A DNA stretch of 64,000 bases from Pelagomonas calceolata (Eukaryota): contig CAKKNE010000005.1 of the NCBI GenBank assembly GCA_918797485.1, positions 4,278,001-4,342,000 on the forward strand, read 5' to 3'. Shown here piece by piece: positions 10,801-20,766 of the stretch. Numbering within the stretch: the first letter of the stretch is position 1; every line of letters starts with the position of its first letter. Both the position numbers and the translations under genes were made by a program. The notes under the pieces are model-generated. The model saw only the letters and a list, made by a program, of their open reading frames with translations. It did not search any database and was not told the DNA's origin.

Positions 10801-11681
10801 TCACATTTAGCGAGGCCGAGATGGCCCTCACGTCCGTGGAACGCGTCACCGAGGCCGTGCCGGCGGAAGACGACTCGGGGCACGCGGCCCCGCCCAAGGA
10901 GTGGCCGTCGCGGGGCGCGCTCGAGTTCCGCGACGTGCGCATGCGCTACCGACCCGGGCTGCCGCTCGCATTGGATGGGCTGTCGTTCTCCGTCGCCGCG
11001 GGGGCACGGTGCGGTGTTGTTGGAAGAACGGGCGCGGGCAAGTCGTCGCTCGCCGCTGCGCTGTTTCGGTTGACGCCCTTGAGCGGCGGCGCGGTGCTCG
11101 TCGACGGCGTCGACGTGAGCACGCTGCGCCCGCTCCGCGAGTGCCGGCGCCGGTGCGCCCAGATCATCCCCCAAGATCCCGTATTGTTCTCGGGAACGAT
11201 CAAGTCGTGCCTCGACCCCTTCGACCAGCGTTCTGAAGATGAGGTGCGGGAGGCGCTCGATTTGGTCCTGCCCGGCAGAGCGCCGCCCTTGGACGCGGAG
11301 GTGAGTGACGGCGGCGCCACCTACTCGATCGGCGAGCGCCAGCTCCTCGCCATGGCGCGCGCTCTGCTCGAACGCCCACGCGTTCTTGTTATGGATGAAG
11401 CTACCAGTTCGGTAGACGGCGACACGGACGCCCGCGTCCAAGCCATGCTCCGCGACCTGCCGCAACTCTCGTCTACTACGACGCTCACGGTCGCGCACCG
11501 GCTCCACACGATCATCGATTACGATCAAGTCGTCGTCTTGGACGCCGGAAAGTGCGTCGAGGCCGGCGCGCCGCGGGATCTGGTACAGCTGCCGAACGGG
11601 TGGTTCTCGGCGCTCGTCGATTCGACGTCGCCCGCGACCGCGGCGGCGTTGCGGCGGGCGGCGCTTGCCTCCTCGTCCTAG
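7833..11681 (+). CDS. ABC transporter C family (MRP-like), TMD-NBD-TMD-NBD
   Basis: Walker A GPVGSGKS and GRTGAGKS; signature GERGVTLSGGQKARLALAR; LLDDPLSALD; YSIGERQLLAMAR; VMDEATSSVD; AHRLHTI. Confidence 0.95.
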   Translation: MSNRSNALDGKPAETAEHTAWPERASSCWSQLTFSYVTPLLRKGAQKTLDPDDLWPASDEERVRTLRGGGRGLRAKLSAACGGLMRRAGCWQAVVSAGQLVQPLVVRALVLAVSEDGARAKNAALRVTGYIAALTIIVAFAQQRQLHLATRAGTRLRALAIAEVYAAAVLRRRSDAPGDVGTLVGVDATKLMEASLELHLVWAAPLQIVIVSVLLVFFVGGDGAAVAAGIVCLVAVLPVAKCLGRWMIAIRKRRMPVTDERVREVGEVLGGVRVAKYNGWEALWSARWRALRSIELHHVRMEMFVYGLSMLLMVTSPVVATIALFTTHMTSSSDNYLTPANAFTVLALIGALRFPINKLGTLLGQLAQAIESFHRIEQFVGMSDEDDDEESKRDDDVLTGEALVVERGAFRYAEGAFVACSSRLDLALRPGELCCVVGPVGSGKSTLIDGILGDAAALDGTTVRYDRARVALAAQRPRVLNASVRRNVTAFSSEGFDPGRYERALAAAQLDQDVAQLPAGDSTEIGERGVTLSGGQKARLALARCVYAAPKLCLLDDPLSALDASTGKRCFDALLGDRGVLRDAAVVLVTHGTHYLRRADRIIVLDVDGGVAFQGTWPEAERAAATRPDDSTIAPLVAARARGLSQDDVVVEEEVVVPTTRRKSDSADAALMTAEAREAGVARAGTWWVWAQSAGGWWFLLGQVLTLALDRACYVATEWWLAKWADARRHPVDVFGLATFPAQNEGGLAARWRWARVYLSLGAASVVFCFLRTQWGFQGGVRAARKLYEGVSARTLNAPMSYFDTTPQGRVVSRFTFDTEQIDVLLTQRAVMFMISVGWTITGVCVMMALTRGTIIVGLVPAFGVYFRILQFYRSSAVDLQRLDALSRSPLQALVSEGVDVAATLRAFGVGKAFADRFERAVDGNTSALLAWTAAQRWVSLRYDLCAAVIAVAGGIAASYREEIGISPAMVGLLITWCFHQAISFYFLCLTFSEAEMALTSVERVTEAVPAEDDSGHAAPPKEWPSRGALEFRDVRMRYRPGLPLALDGLSFSVAAGARCGVVGRTGAGKSSLAAALFRLTPLSGGAVLVDGVDVSTLRPLRECRRRCAQIIPQDPVLFSGTIKSCLDPFDQRSEDEVREALDLVLPGRAPPLDAEVSDGGATYSIGERQLLAMARALLERPRVLVMDEATSSVDGDTDARVQAMLRDLPQLSSTTTLTVAHRLHTIIDYDQVVVLDAGKCVEAGAPRDLVQLPNGWFSALVDSTSPATAAALRRAALASSS

Positions 11682-11719
11682 TTGGTTGTTGTTCTAAACT
11701 CTTGGATGTTGTCTTATCT

Positions 11720-12934
11720 TTATGAGCCACCTAAGGGGTCGCGTGTGTACGCAATGTGTGCGCGCGTGCGCTCGGGCGACCCCTCCCCGGCGGCGACCGC
11801 CTCCTCCCAGAAACCGAGATCGAGCTGCATCACCCCAAAGATACTTTGTGCCATTTGGTCACTGGAATCCCAGCGCTCTGCAATCTTGCAAATATTTCTT
11901 AGCGTTGTTATGGCTTTGCACTGGTCGGCTGTGGTCCCGTCGTCGTCAAAAAAGAGAACTTTTGCGTACTGGTAGCGTAGCTCGAGCGTGAGTGTGGCGT
12001 CAGGTCCAACCAAGCGAATCGCCTCGCGGATCCGTGGGATCAGAAGCTTCTTCGCCTCGGGGTATTTAGATTGCTTGATTAGTGCTTCGGCTAGGTCGAG
12101 GGCCGCCGCAAGCTCGCCCTCACAGTATGATGGATTATCACGGCTTCGATCCAAAAGTGCGGCATGCACGGAATGGTACATCTCGAGCGATTCCTCAGTC
12201 CGACCAAGTCGTTCGCAGCTAACCGCAATAGAGCGTCGAGCTATCCCAATCATACAAAATTGATCATTGTCCGGCCCTGCGACGCGCTGGCGAACAGCTA
12301 TTTCGGCCTCATAAACCGCAATTGCGGCTTCATACATATCTATGTAATGCATGGCGTCCCCAAGTTTGTTCATCGCATTCATCCGAAACTCATCCCCTTC
12401 CGGCCGCCCCAAGTACGTCTTCCAGCACGCCCATCCGAGCGCGAGACGTACGTGACTTTTGAGAAACGCTCCGCACAGACTACATTCAGACCACCGATCC
12501 CACGCGTCGTCCATCTCCGGGACGTCCGCCAAAGAACCATAGAGCCGTTCTACGTCGTCCCCTTTAATCTCCGCCGTCCTGACGAGGCACGACATGTGCG
12601 CGAAGCCCGCCGGGCCGACGCAATTACACCCCCCGTGCACGAGGCCCTCCGACGTCGCCGTGTCGCAGATGTAGCAGGTGAAGCCCCGGGTCGCCGGGAG
12701 GTAGTCGTCCGCGGTCGCCGCGACCGCGGCCGCGACGGCCTCCTTGTATTTTTTGTCGGCGTGGTATTTTTCTGCGTTGCCGCCGCGGTGTATTTTCTTG
12801 CAGATCTGCTTGTGGCCGCGGCGCCAGTGGTCATGCTGGCAAGTTTGATTGCAGTATCTCGTGTGGCATCTAATACAACGCGGCGCGTCGAGGGACAGAG
12901 GGGCGGCGCAGGCGGCGCAAGTTGTGAGGATCAT
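11720..12934 (-). CDS. MYND zinc finger + RINGv (C4HC3)-like + TPR-repeat protein
   Basis: CAAC..CIRC..YCNQTCQHDHWRRGHKQIC (MYND); CYIC..CNC..H..C..W..CSLC (RING-CH pattern); kinesin-light-chain-like TPRs. ATG at 12934. Confidence 0.85.
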   Translation of the reverse strand: MILTTCAACAAPLSLDAPRCIRCHTRYCNQTCQHDHWRRGHKQICKKIHRGGNAEKYHADKKYKEAVAAAVAATADDYLPATRGFTCYICDTATSEGLVHGGCNCVGPAGFAHMSCLVRTAEIKGDDVERLYGSLADVPEMDDAWDRWSECSLCGAFLKSHVRLALGWACWKTYLGRPEGDEFRMNAMNKLGDAMHYIDMYEAAIAVYEAEIAVRQRVAGPDNDQFCMIGIARRSIAVSCERLGRTEESLEMYHSVHAALLDRSRDNPSYCEGELAAALDLAEALIKQSKYPEAKKLLIPRIREAIRLVGPDATLTLELRYQYAKVLFFDDDGTTADQCKAITTLRNICKIAERWDSSDQMAQSIFGVMQLDLGFWEEAVAAGEGSPERTRAHIAYTRDPLGGS

Positions 12935-12986
12935 TTTTGATTGGTTCAGTCGCGTAGGTGTGTTGTTTTGGCGAATTTTGATGATT

Positions 12987-13010
12987 GCTAGTGTCTTACT
13001 GGACGCTAGC
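12987..13010 (+). promoter_or_regulatory. Recurrent upstream CTAG-flanked motif, copy 2
   Basis: GCTAGTGTCTTACTGGACGCTAGC, divergent intergenic. Confidence 0.65.
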
Positions 13011-13151
13011 CAAAAAAAGTGAAGCAAGCCGCGGCGGGGGGCATCGGTGCAGCAACTGAGCAGAGCACACAGCCGCACTGCCTAGGTACAATAAAAAAAG
13101 GCCTGCACCAAATAGGAGCTGCGGCTGAGCACACAAATGCCCGCAGGAGCA

Positions 13152-14306
13152 ATGCGAGCAGCGCTGGCCCTGCTGCCGCTACTGCACGCCGCCGAAGCCG
13201 AGGGCATGACGCGCCACATACTCCCAAACTATCGGAGAACGCACCCGCCGGGCTACTGGCGCGTCGTCGCGCAGGAGCTGCGCAATTACTGCGAGTGCCG
13301 CTGCCACGAGAACCAACGCGAGTCCGACGCGAAGAGTGTAGGGCTCAACCCCTTGCTATTTGAAGAAGGGAGCTGCAAGGTCAACCGCCAGGCGTTATTA
13401 GCACATGCGAAGCGGCCGGAGCGTTTGACCGTCGTGGTCATGGCCTACATACCCGAGCAGAACGAGAGGCTCGACGCTCTAGTTTGCGGCTACGCCGACG
13501 CCGACATGGTCCAGAAGGTGCTAGTGCTGTGGAACGGTCTGCCCGAGCACCGTCCGATAATAAGCTGCGCGACGAACTGGCGGTCGAAACAACAAGGGTT
13601 TTATCGGGGCATCCTCAACCCGACGACCGAAGTCGAAGTGATCGTCGAGCCGACGAACACGTTGTTGAATAGATATAGACACGCTAAAAGAGTACCAACA
13701 CAAAGCGTAGTCCTGCAGGACGACGACGTCTTCCACCACGCCGAAACTTTAGATGCTTTTGCGTGGGGCCGCATGGCGGCGCCGGACCAAATTTTGGGCA
13801 CGTACCCCGAGCGCAACTTTCGCTTAGATGCTGCGACGGGCGAGTACGAGTACGTCTTCCACCCGCGCAAGACGGCCTCGAAGCAGTATTCTTTTTTACT
13901 GGGACAGACGTCCGTGGTCAGGCGAGATACCATCGACGGCTTCATACACACCGCGCCGCGCCAGGCCCTGGCGTTTATCATTTCTCATAAACCGACGTGC
14001 GAGGACCTGACCTTCCACTTTTATAATGGAAACGCCACGGGCCTGCCGCCGATCGTTTTTGAAGATCTCGCGCCCGTGCTGGTGCTGGGCGAGCGCAACG
14101 ACCAGATGCACAAACAAAATAAAAAGCTTTGGAACGCGCGGCGCCAGCGGTGCTTAAATAGGCTCGCGGAGGAGTTCGGCGGCATGGCGCTGGTCCGGTC
14201 GAAGTGCCGGCTTCGGGGCAACGTGACGCGTCTCTTGGAGCGCGAGGCGGATGGGGAGCGGTTGTGGAAGTACCGGGACAGGGCCGTCGCGGCGGCTTCT
14301 TTGTAG
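13152..14306 (+). CDS. Glycosyltransferase family 64 (EXTL2-like)
   Basis: Signal peptide MRAALALL; LTVVVMAY, VLVLWN, LLNRY, VVLQDDD (DxD), CEDL, RQRCLNRLAEEFGGMAL. Confidence 0.85.
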   Translation: MRAALALLPLLHAAEAEGMTRHILPNYRRTHPPGYWRVVAQELRNYCECRCHENQRESDAKSVGLNPLLFEEGSCKVNRQALLAHAKRPERLTVVVMAYIPEQNERLDALVCGYADADMVQKVLVLWNGLPEHRPIISCATNWRSKQQGFYRGILNPTTEVEVIVEPTNTLLNRYRHAKRVPTQSVVLQDDDVFHHAETLDAFAWGRMAAPDQILGTYPERNFRLDAATGEYEYVFHPRKTASKQYSFLLGQTSVVRRDTIDGFIHTAPRQALAFIISHKPTCEDLTFHFYNGNATGLPPIVFEDLAPVLVLGERNDQMHKQNKKLWNARRQRCLNRLAEEFGGMALVRSKCRLRGNVTRLLEREADGERLWKYRDRAVAAASL

Positions 14307-14352
14307 TTGTATGTAATTAACTTTGTTAGAAGTGAACACAACAATACACTTA

Positions 14353-15702
14353 CTAAGACATACTACCCGCCTGCTCGGCACAAAAGAACCCGCGCACGCC
14401 CGGCGCGCTCCGCTCCTGCGCCTCCCAGTCCTTCACGGTTCTAACGATCGCGCCCGTTGTGCCGGCTATCGTGAGGACGACCGTGAATAGAACGAGGCTA
14501 ACGACTCCCTTCCTCCGCCGCTTGACGTCCGAATCGCGCGTGGCGAGATCGAAGAGCAACGCCGGCATCGCGAATCCGAGAGGCCCTGACGTGAGAGCCC
14601 CAATGATAGAGACGAGGTCGGAAAAGACTGGCACGAGCACCGCGATGAGCAACGACGACAGCGTTAACGCGGCGGTCATCAGCGCCCAGCCGCGCCTCGA
14701 CAGCGCATGCCCGAGGTAGCGCTCGAGCGTTCGCGCGAGCACGTTCTGGTTGATCGCGTAGGATACCGCCACGTGCGCAAACAACAGGCCGGCGGCGATG
14801 CGCCCGTCGGTGCCATGGTGCACCGCGTCCAGCAGGAAGCGCGGCGGCTCCGGGCCCGACAGGAAAACAACGACAACATAGACACAAGTAAACGCAGCGA
14901 TGCCGTATCGAAGCGTCTTCCGCGCCTCGCGCGGGTCCCGCATCTCGCGGCGCACGTTGAGGAACAGCTTGGACGTTATCATCGCGAACGTAACAGTTGT
15001 CAGCGACGCCGCGACGGCGGCCGCGCTCGCGTCCTCAACAACGACGGGCGGCGGGCCGGTCGGCGTATGCTTGGCACAAATAGCGAGAATTGCGACTACG
15101 GACGCGAAGCTCAATTGGGCCGCGCCCTTCCCTAGAGCATCGAGCGTCGGCAGCTGCGCAATCAACCAAGCGGTGAGTGCCGCGATTAAGAGCGATACCA
15201 CAACCGCGCAGCCCGGCAACGGAAACGCGACGCGCAACGACCGCGCCATCACGACGAGGTACTGAGCCAGTATCAGTACGAGGTTCCCGTACCACGCGCT
15301 CGCGACCAGTGCCCGCAGCGGCCGGCCGGCATCAAGTCCCTGAGCCAATTCAAGCATGTCGCGCGGGCGCGTCGTCGGGGACTTGGGCTCGCCCGTGTCC
15401 CAGTCGATGTTGTCCGTGTCGTCGACGAAGTCCCACAGCGCCGACGTTGTGCTCCGGCAGGCCTCGTAGTTCGTTCTTCGTTCCGACATTTCTGCCGCTG
15501 TCGCGAGCAGTTCGCCGGCGTACAAGTTGAGCGCCACTTGCACGGCGACGAAGAGCAGGAACGGACCGGTGCCCAGCACCGATGCGACGTACGGCAATGC
15601 TAACACGCCCGTACCCACGCACTCAGCGACGAGGATGGTAGCGGCGCGGCCGGCGCCGTAGCCCTCGGGCTGTGGGCCGTCGTCTAGCTCCATTGGCTGC
15701 AT
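14353..15702 (-). CDS. Amino acid/auxin permease (AAAP) family transporter
   Basis: VGTGVLALPY, about 11 TM segments, EMRDP, VPVFSDLVSIIGAL. Confidence 0.9.
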   Translation of the reverse strand: MQPMELDDGPQPEGYGAGRAATILVAECVGTGVLALPYVASVLGTGPFLLFVAVQVALNLYAGELLATAAEMSERRTNYEACRSTTSALWDFVDDTDNIDWDTGEPKSPTTRPRDMLELAQGLDAGRPLRALVASAWYGNLVLILAQYLVVMARSLRVAFPLPGCAVVVSLLIAALTAWLIAQLPTLDALGKGAAQLSFASVVAILAICAKHTPTGPPPVVVEDASAAAVAASLTTVTFAMITSKLFLNVRREMRDPREARKTLRYGIAAFTCVYVVVVFLSGPEPPRFLLDAVHHGTDGRIAAGLLFAHVAVSYAINQNVLARTLERYLGHALSRRGWALMTAALTLSSLLIAVLVPVFSDLVSIIGALTSGPLGFAMPALLFDLATRDSDVKRRRKGVVSLVLFTVVLTIAGTTGAIVRTVKDWEAQERSAPGVRGFFCAEQAGSMS

Positions 15703-15904
15703 TTCTAGGGGTTATACTGCAGTGGTATGCGCACGGACGCGCGCGGTGCGCACAGACTGTGAAGAGGCTGCACTCAGTGCAATCTCCCCGTGGGTCCGAT
15801 GCGCTGCCTGTGATCAATCCTGGCTGGCTGTAGTAAGCCAGAAAGACCACCAATGCGATCGCTAGCTGCCGATGCGATGCGTGTGCGTTTTGCCCTGGCA
15901 GATG

Positions 15905-15927
15905 GCTAGCGGCGTTGACACACTAGG
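15905..15927 (-). promoter_or_regulatory. Recurrent upstream CTAG-flanked motif, copy 3 (variant)
   Basis: Reverse complement CCTAGTGTGTCAACGCCGCTAGC, divergent intergenic. Confidence 0.5.
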
Positions 15928-16063
15928 AACCTCAGCCGCACTTGCGCAACAAGGCCGCTGAGTGCGCATCGCTGCAAGCGCACATCTAAAACATGCATTA
16001 TTGCTGCAATTAAGCCAGCGCAAGCAAAAGAAAGCGCGTAGCGGCACCCTGGCCACAAAAAAA

Positions 16064-17470
16064 ATGCCGCCACCAGCTTTGCGCACAACAATCGCCATAG
16101 CCCTCGCCCTGGTGACCATCATCCAGCTCTGGCAGCAGCACGCCCACGTGGAGCAGCGCCACCGGCACCAGTTCTCGCGCGACCGGCCCAGGACGCAACC
16201 AAAGCCGGCGGCACAGGACGCGGCGCCGGCGGCGACGTTGGAGCTCGTGTGCGCCGGGTCCGGCGACCGCGGCCGGTCGCTCTACTGCCAGGCGGGCGGC
16301 GAGGCGCGCTGTGGTGCCGACGCGACGGTACCCCTTCATTTGCGGGCCTGGGAGCGCGACGACGGCCGCCTGACGATCGACGGTGGTGATGGCGAGCGCA
16401 AGCGCCTCGCGGTCCGAGACGACGGCCGCGTGGTTTGCGTTGATGTCAACGGTGGTGAAGACCGGTGGAAGTTCTTGCGACGTGGTGGTCATAGGGCGGG
16501 CCTCGTGCACGAGACGCAGGGCCGCGTCCGAGTTTTTGACGATTTGGACTTCGAGGGCCAGCAAGGTGTATTAATAGCGAGGAAGCGCCACAAGCCGCGC
16601 GCGCCGTTCCAACCCAAAAGGCTTGATGCGGCGCACGTCGCGCGGAGTCGAGCCGAGGCGTCGGTCGCGGCGGCGGAGGAGGCGAGGCAAGATAATGAGC
16701 AGCGGCTCGAGCTGAAGCGCCGATTCGCTCCGACGAAGGAACGCCGCGTCATCGCCATGGCGCTGTACGGAGATGATCCGAAGTACGTCGAGGGCTGCAT
16801 CGAGAACGCTAAATTGGTCGAGGCCTACTTCCCGACGTGGCGGTTGAGGGTGTATGCCGATTCTTCAAGTGTCCCTTCAGAAAAGTTAAGGGAGCTCGAG
16901 GCGCTCAAGGCGGAAATCCACTTAGACGACTGGAGCGCGGAAGGTGCAAGCCACGGCATGTTCCGGCGCTTCTTCGTGGCCGACGACGTGACTGTGGATC
17001 GATTTATCATTAGAGATTCGGACTCGCGATTGAACGCGCGGGACGCCTTCGCGGTCGCGGACTGGGTCGAGTCTGCGTATGAGGTGCACACGGTCCGGGA
17101 CCACCCGAACCACCAGCGCCTCCTGAACGGCGGCATGTGGGGCGCGACGCGACGTTCTCAGATCCATGGAAAGGTGGAGATGCTGGCGCGCCAGTACTTC
17201 GACCATGACGCCTACGGCGCGGACCTGGACTTTCTTGCTGCTGATATTGCGCCGCTCGTCGAGCAGGAGGTCCTGGCGCACGACAGCTACTCGTGCGAGC
17301 TCTTCGCGGGGTCGCGGCCCTTCCCGACGCGGCGGCCCGCAGACTTCCAGCACGTCGGCCAGGTCTTCGACGCGGCCGGGCGGACGCGGGGCGACGATAT
17401 CGACTCGTTCACGCGCGGCGTCGCCGTGCCGCCGGCGTGTCGCGCGAATCCGGACTGGACGTATGGGTGA
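16064..17470 (+). CDS. Type II membrane protein, putative glycosyltransferase (uncharacterised family)
   Basis: N-terminal anchor; IAMALYGDDPKY, WRLRVY, MFRRF, FIIRDSDSRL (DxD), VRDHPNH, GGMWG. Confidence 0.7.
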   Translation: MPPPALRTTIAIALALVTIIQLWQQHAHVEQRHRHQFSRDRPRTQPKPAAQDAAPAATLELVCAGSGDRGRSLYCQAGGEARCGADATVPLHLRAWERDDGRLTIDGGDGERKRLAVRDDGRVVCVDVNGGEDRWKFLRRGGHRAGLVHETQGRVRVFDDLDFEGQQGVLIARKRHKPRAPFQPKRLDAAHVARSRAEASVAAAEEARQDNEQRLELKRRFAPTKERRVIAMALYGDDPKYVEGCIENAKLVEAYFPTWRLRVYADSSSVPSEKLRELEALKAEIHLDDWSAEGASHGMFRRFFVADDVTVDRFIIRDSDSRLNARDAFAVADWVESAYEVHTVRDHPNHQRLLNGGMWGATRRSQIHGKVEMLARQYFDHDAYGADLDFLAADIAPLVEQEVLAHDSYSCELFAGSRPFPTRRPADFQHVGQVFDAAGRTRGDDIDSFTRGVAVPPACRANPDWTYG

Positions 17471-17505
17471 GTGTTTGTGTGTTTGTTTTGGTAAATTATT
17501 GTGAT

Positions 17506-18030
17506 TTATGACTTCTCACGCGATTCGAACTCTCTCTCGAACTCCTCGACGTGTGCCTTGAAGTGTCTGGCGAAAACCAACTTTTCCTCCGTGTGTTTCG
17601 TATCGGGATGGGACTCGCCAAATACGCGTCGAAAGCGTCTGTGAACATCCTCGAGTAAGGTCTCGGCCTCAATCAAGTAACTAATGTCGGTCTTGACCCG
17701 CGCGTTTGCTATGAGGGAACTTCCGAGGGTCCTTCTGAGACAAAGCGTTAACTCGTGGTCGGGCCCAAGCGTGCGCTGGGCCCAGGGCGCTCTTTCACGC
17801 AGGAGCTCTAACGCCTCAGCATAGTTCTCAGTTCTTGTCAGAGATGAGGCAAGTTGAAACGCTGCCATGAATGCATTTTCGTGGTTCGGTCCATCGAGGT
17901 GCTGCATTCCAGCGTATATCTCACGATGCATGGTGAGCGCATCTTTCTCACGCCCGATTTCTAAATAGCAACTCGCTATGTTCCCTTTGAGTGTGAGTAT
18001 CTGATATGCTGGATAATTATAGCGTAGAGC
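17506..18030 (-). pseudogene. 5'-truncated TPR half of a MYND-RINGv-TPR family gene
   Basis: KGNIASCYLEIGREKDALTMHREIY..RTLGPDHELTL..RRVFGESHPDT resembles the TPRs of the other copies. Upstream the frame hits a stop near 18075 in non-coding DNA; no MYND or RING part. Confidence 0.7.
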
Positions 18031-18242
18031 AATGCTTCGGAAGGCACCGCCCGCGACATTCGTGGATGAGACTTACGGGTCGCCAAATTACACCAGCGAT
18101 TGACGGTGCCTTCTACCGTCCAAATGGTACATTATATCAACTCCAGCCCAGTTTTCATACATAATCGACGGAACCGGAGCCGACGGCCCGTGCTCGGAGG
18201 GCGGGAGAAGAGTTCTACTAGACAACTCCCGAGTTTATGTTC

Positions 18243-19347
18243 GTTTCCTTCCGTTTGTTGGTGGTAGAGTCCATCTAACCCGCATCAGCGGCCACTGAGC
18301 TATTTTAGATGCCCCGTTAGAGCCGCGCGAAACGACGAATCCGCGCCCTCGCGTTTATATATAAAAGAGCTCAAGAGCTAGATATGCGAGTATCAGCGAC
18401 GCCACCATCCAGATGGACCATAACGCCGTTGTTCTATTCACAATCGACTAACTTGCCCGTTCTCCGCGGACGACGGTACGTTGACGGAGCACCGGAAAGG
18501 CCCCATATCCGTGAGTTGTGAAATAAATTTGCATTTGAGGCGCTTCGATTATAGGACGGGCCATGCGAACCGCCTGAGCGGTCACACATTTGATTTACCG
18601 TTCCGAAGGCTCCCGGCGGCTCGTCGGTCTCTCGGGCCCACGATCTCGCTTAAATTGGCTCGACACGTAGACCTGGGACCATCAGCCCGTGTACCATGAC
18701 CATGGACCATGACGCTATCATTTGTTCCATGATCGATTGACTTGCGCGAGGTCCAGATCAAGATGTTCACGTCCCGAGCGTGGGAAGCCAAAAGTACCCT
18801 TCTCGGCGTGTAGATGTCATATACTTGTAGTTGACTATCGGTGGGGTAGTATGGGGCCCGGAGAGACCCCTACGGCGACTACTGGGGGCCCTCGGGTAAT
18901 TGACGTTTTTTACGGGAACGGGGCGCCATCGGGTCCAAATTGCACAGTTTTTTCGGGGGCAGATCGGCTCCTGGAGGTCTCTCGAGGTAGGTCTGGTGGC
19001 GGGTAGTTGCCTGTACCGCATACGCCGTCGATGCAGCCGCCTAGTGCTCTCGGAGAGCCCTGGAAGCAAACCATGGCCAAAAGATGGCTAAACCGAGTGG
19101 TCTGCTGAGAGAAATCGGTTGAAAATGCTGGAAGCGGCGGCGCATGCGGCGTAGGCGCGTGCACGTGTATAGTACCGACCCTAGGCGACCCCAGGGAGAC
19201 CTGTTTGGCAGGGATTGACAGGATTAAACCGGTGCGGCCGCCCTGTGGCCTCGTCCCCCTCGGCGCCGCGAATTAAAAAAATTAGTTTTTCGGTCCCCAG
19301 TACGTGTCCCATCGATCTCTTTGGACCATTAGCGAACGGAAGGATAC
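18243..19347. mobile_element. Probable decayed non-autonomous TIR DNA transposon (~1.1 kb)
   Basis: Imperfect 23-bp inverted repeat (18243-18265 vs 19325-19347, 18/23 identical, core TCCTTCCGTT). Non-coding and lower GC. Direct repeat CCGAGTTT at 18229-18236 and 19369-19376. Confidence 0.45.
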
Positions 19348-19380
19348 TCAAACGGCTGCATGTGCGTTCCGAGTTTGCTT

Positions 19381-19405
19381 GCTAGTGTCTCACAGGCCCG
19401 CTAGC
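19381..19405 (+). promoter_or_regulatory. Recurrent upstream CTAG-flanked motif, copy 4
   Basis: GCTAGTGTCTCACAGGCCCGCTAGC, about 130 nt before ATG 19537. Confidence 0.65.
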
Positions 19406-19536
19406 TAATTCACGCTCGACGCTTTTGCGACGCGACACGGGCGCACTATGCAAGCCTGAGTCGTGATTCGTGCAGCATTGCACTAGGCGCACGCGGTCGC
19501 AGCGATAAACCGATGCATAAAACCGCAGACTAGCTG

Positions 19537-20766
19537 ATGTCGGCCCACCAGCTCCACCGGTCCCTCGCACGGCTCAACCTGCGCTGCTTTAATGTAAGGC
19601 CACAACGCGTGCAGATCTTGCGAACGCCGACGGCCTTTTACGAGTCACTCATCGAGCGCTGCGACCACGCGACGACTCGCGTGACGCTCAGCGCCTTATA
19701 CTGGGGCACGGGCCCGCTAGCTTTGAACCTAGCGGAGGCCGTGGCGCGCGCGGCGAGCCGCGGCGTCGCCGTCAACGTGACCCTGGACGCGGCGCGGGCC
19801 GGGCGGCGTGATAAAGACGGGCGGACGTCCGTCGACGCGCTGGCCGCCGTTGAAGAAGCCGGCGGTGACATACACCTCGTCGACGCGTCGGGGCGCTCGG
19901 GCTTGATCGGCGAGATCCTGGGCGTCTACCACGCCAAGGCCTGCGTCTTCGACGACGCGGCGCTGCTCACGGGCGCGAACCTCAGCGAGGAGTACTTCCG
20001 CTCGCGCCAGGACCGCTACGTCGTCGTGCGCGATAGTAAAGTTGCGGACTGGTACGACCGCGCCGTGCGCGCGGCCGCGGCGGCGCCGGACGCGGGAGAA
20101 CGGGCGCGGGCGCTCCGCGAACTCTGCACGGGGCCCGCGCCGGCGCCGCCGCCGCGGCGCCGCCGCTTCCACCGGTCGCGGCGGCGGCCCGCGGCGACGC
20201 TCTTCCCGACGGCGCAAGTGCGCGACCTCTTGGATCTCGACGCGCGGGCGCTGTCCGCCGTGCTGGCCGCGAGTCCGCGCTGCGGCCTCTCCACGGCCTA
20301 CGCGAACCCGCCGCCCGCCGTCGTCGAAGCGCTCGGGCGGGCGGCCGCGACGGTCGTCGTGCCCTCCCCCGACACGCACGGCTTCGCCGGCGCGACGGGC
20401 GCCAAGGCTTTCCTGCCGCTCGCGCACGCGCGCTTCGCCTGGGACCTCGCGACGAAGCTCAAGGGGTCGGGCGACGTGCGCGCGTGGGCCGCGCCGCGCG
20501 AGACCTACCACGCCAAGGGCTGCTGGGCGTTTTCGGCGGGCGACGAGCGGCGCGTCGGCGCGACGGTCGTCGGGTCCTCGAACTGGAACGTGCGGTCGCA
20601 TCGGCGCGACGTCGAGCTCGGCGCAGCGTTGGTCGTGCGCGACGGCGCGTTGCGGCGCCGCCTCGGCGACGAGTGGCGCCGGTTGCGGTCGCGTGCCCGC
20701 GATCCCGTGGCGGCGCCGCCGGCCTGGACGGCGTTGTTGCGTTTTTTTTTGCGGCCCTTTGCCTAG
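19537..20766 (+). CDS. PGS1: Phosphatidylglycerophosphate synthase (PLD superfamily, mitochondrial type)
   Basis: ILRTPTAFY, LSALYWG, YHAKACVFDD..LTGANLSEEYF..RQDRY, TYHAKGCW, VGSSNWNVRS..RDVE. Confidence 0.85.
   Translation: MSAHQLHRSLARLNLRCFNVRPQRVQILRTPTAFYESLIERCDHATTRVTLSALYWGTGPLALNLAEAVARAASRGVAVNVTLDAARAGRRDKDGRTSVDALAAVEEAGGDIHLVDASGRSGLIGEILGVYHAKACVFDDAALLTGANLSEEYFRSRQDRYVVVRDSKVADWYDRAVRAAAAAPDAGERARALRELCTGPAPAPPPRRRRFHRSRRRPAATLFPTAQVRDLLDLDARALSAVLAASPRCGLSTAYANPPPAVVEALGRAAATVVVPSPDTHGFAGATGAKAFLPLAHARFAWDLATKLKGSGDVRAWAAPRETYHAKGCWAFSAGDERRVGATVVGSSNWNVRSHRRDVELGAALVVRDGALRRRLGDEWRRLRSRARDPVAAPPAWTALLRFFLRPFA

Noticed and set aside
13152..17470. Apparent glycosylation gene cluster (GT64, putative GT, plus distant sulfotransferases and sugar transporter)
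   Set aside because: Genes are interspersed with unrelated housekeeping genes; no evidence of co-regulation.
19211..19226. GGGATTGACAGGATT resembles an 18S rRNA segment
   Set aside because: Only about 12 nt of similarity; flanks are not rRNA-like.
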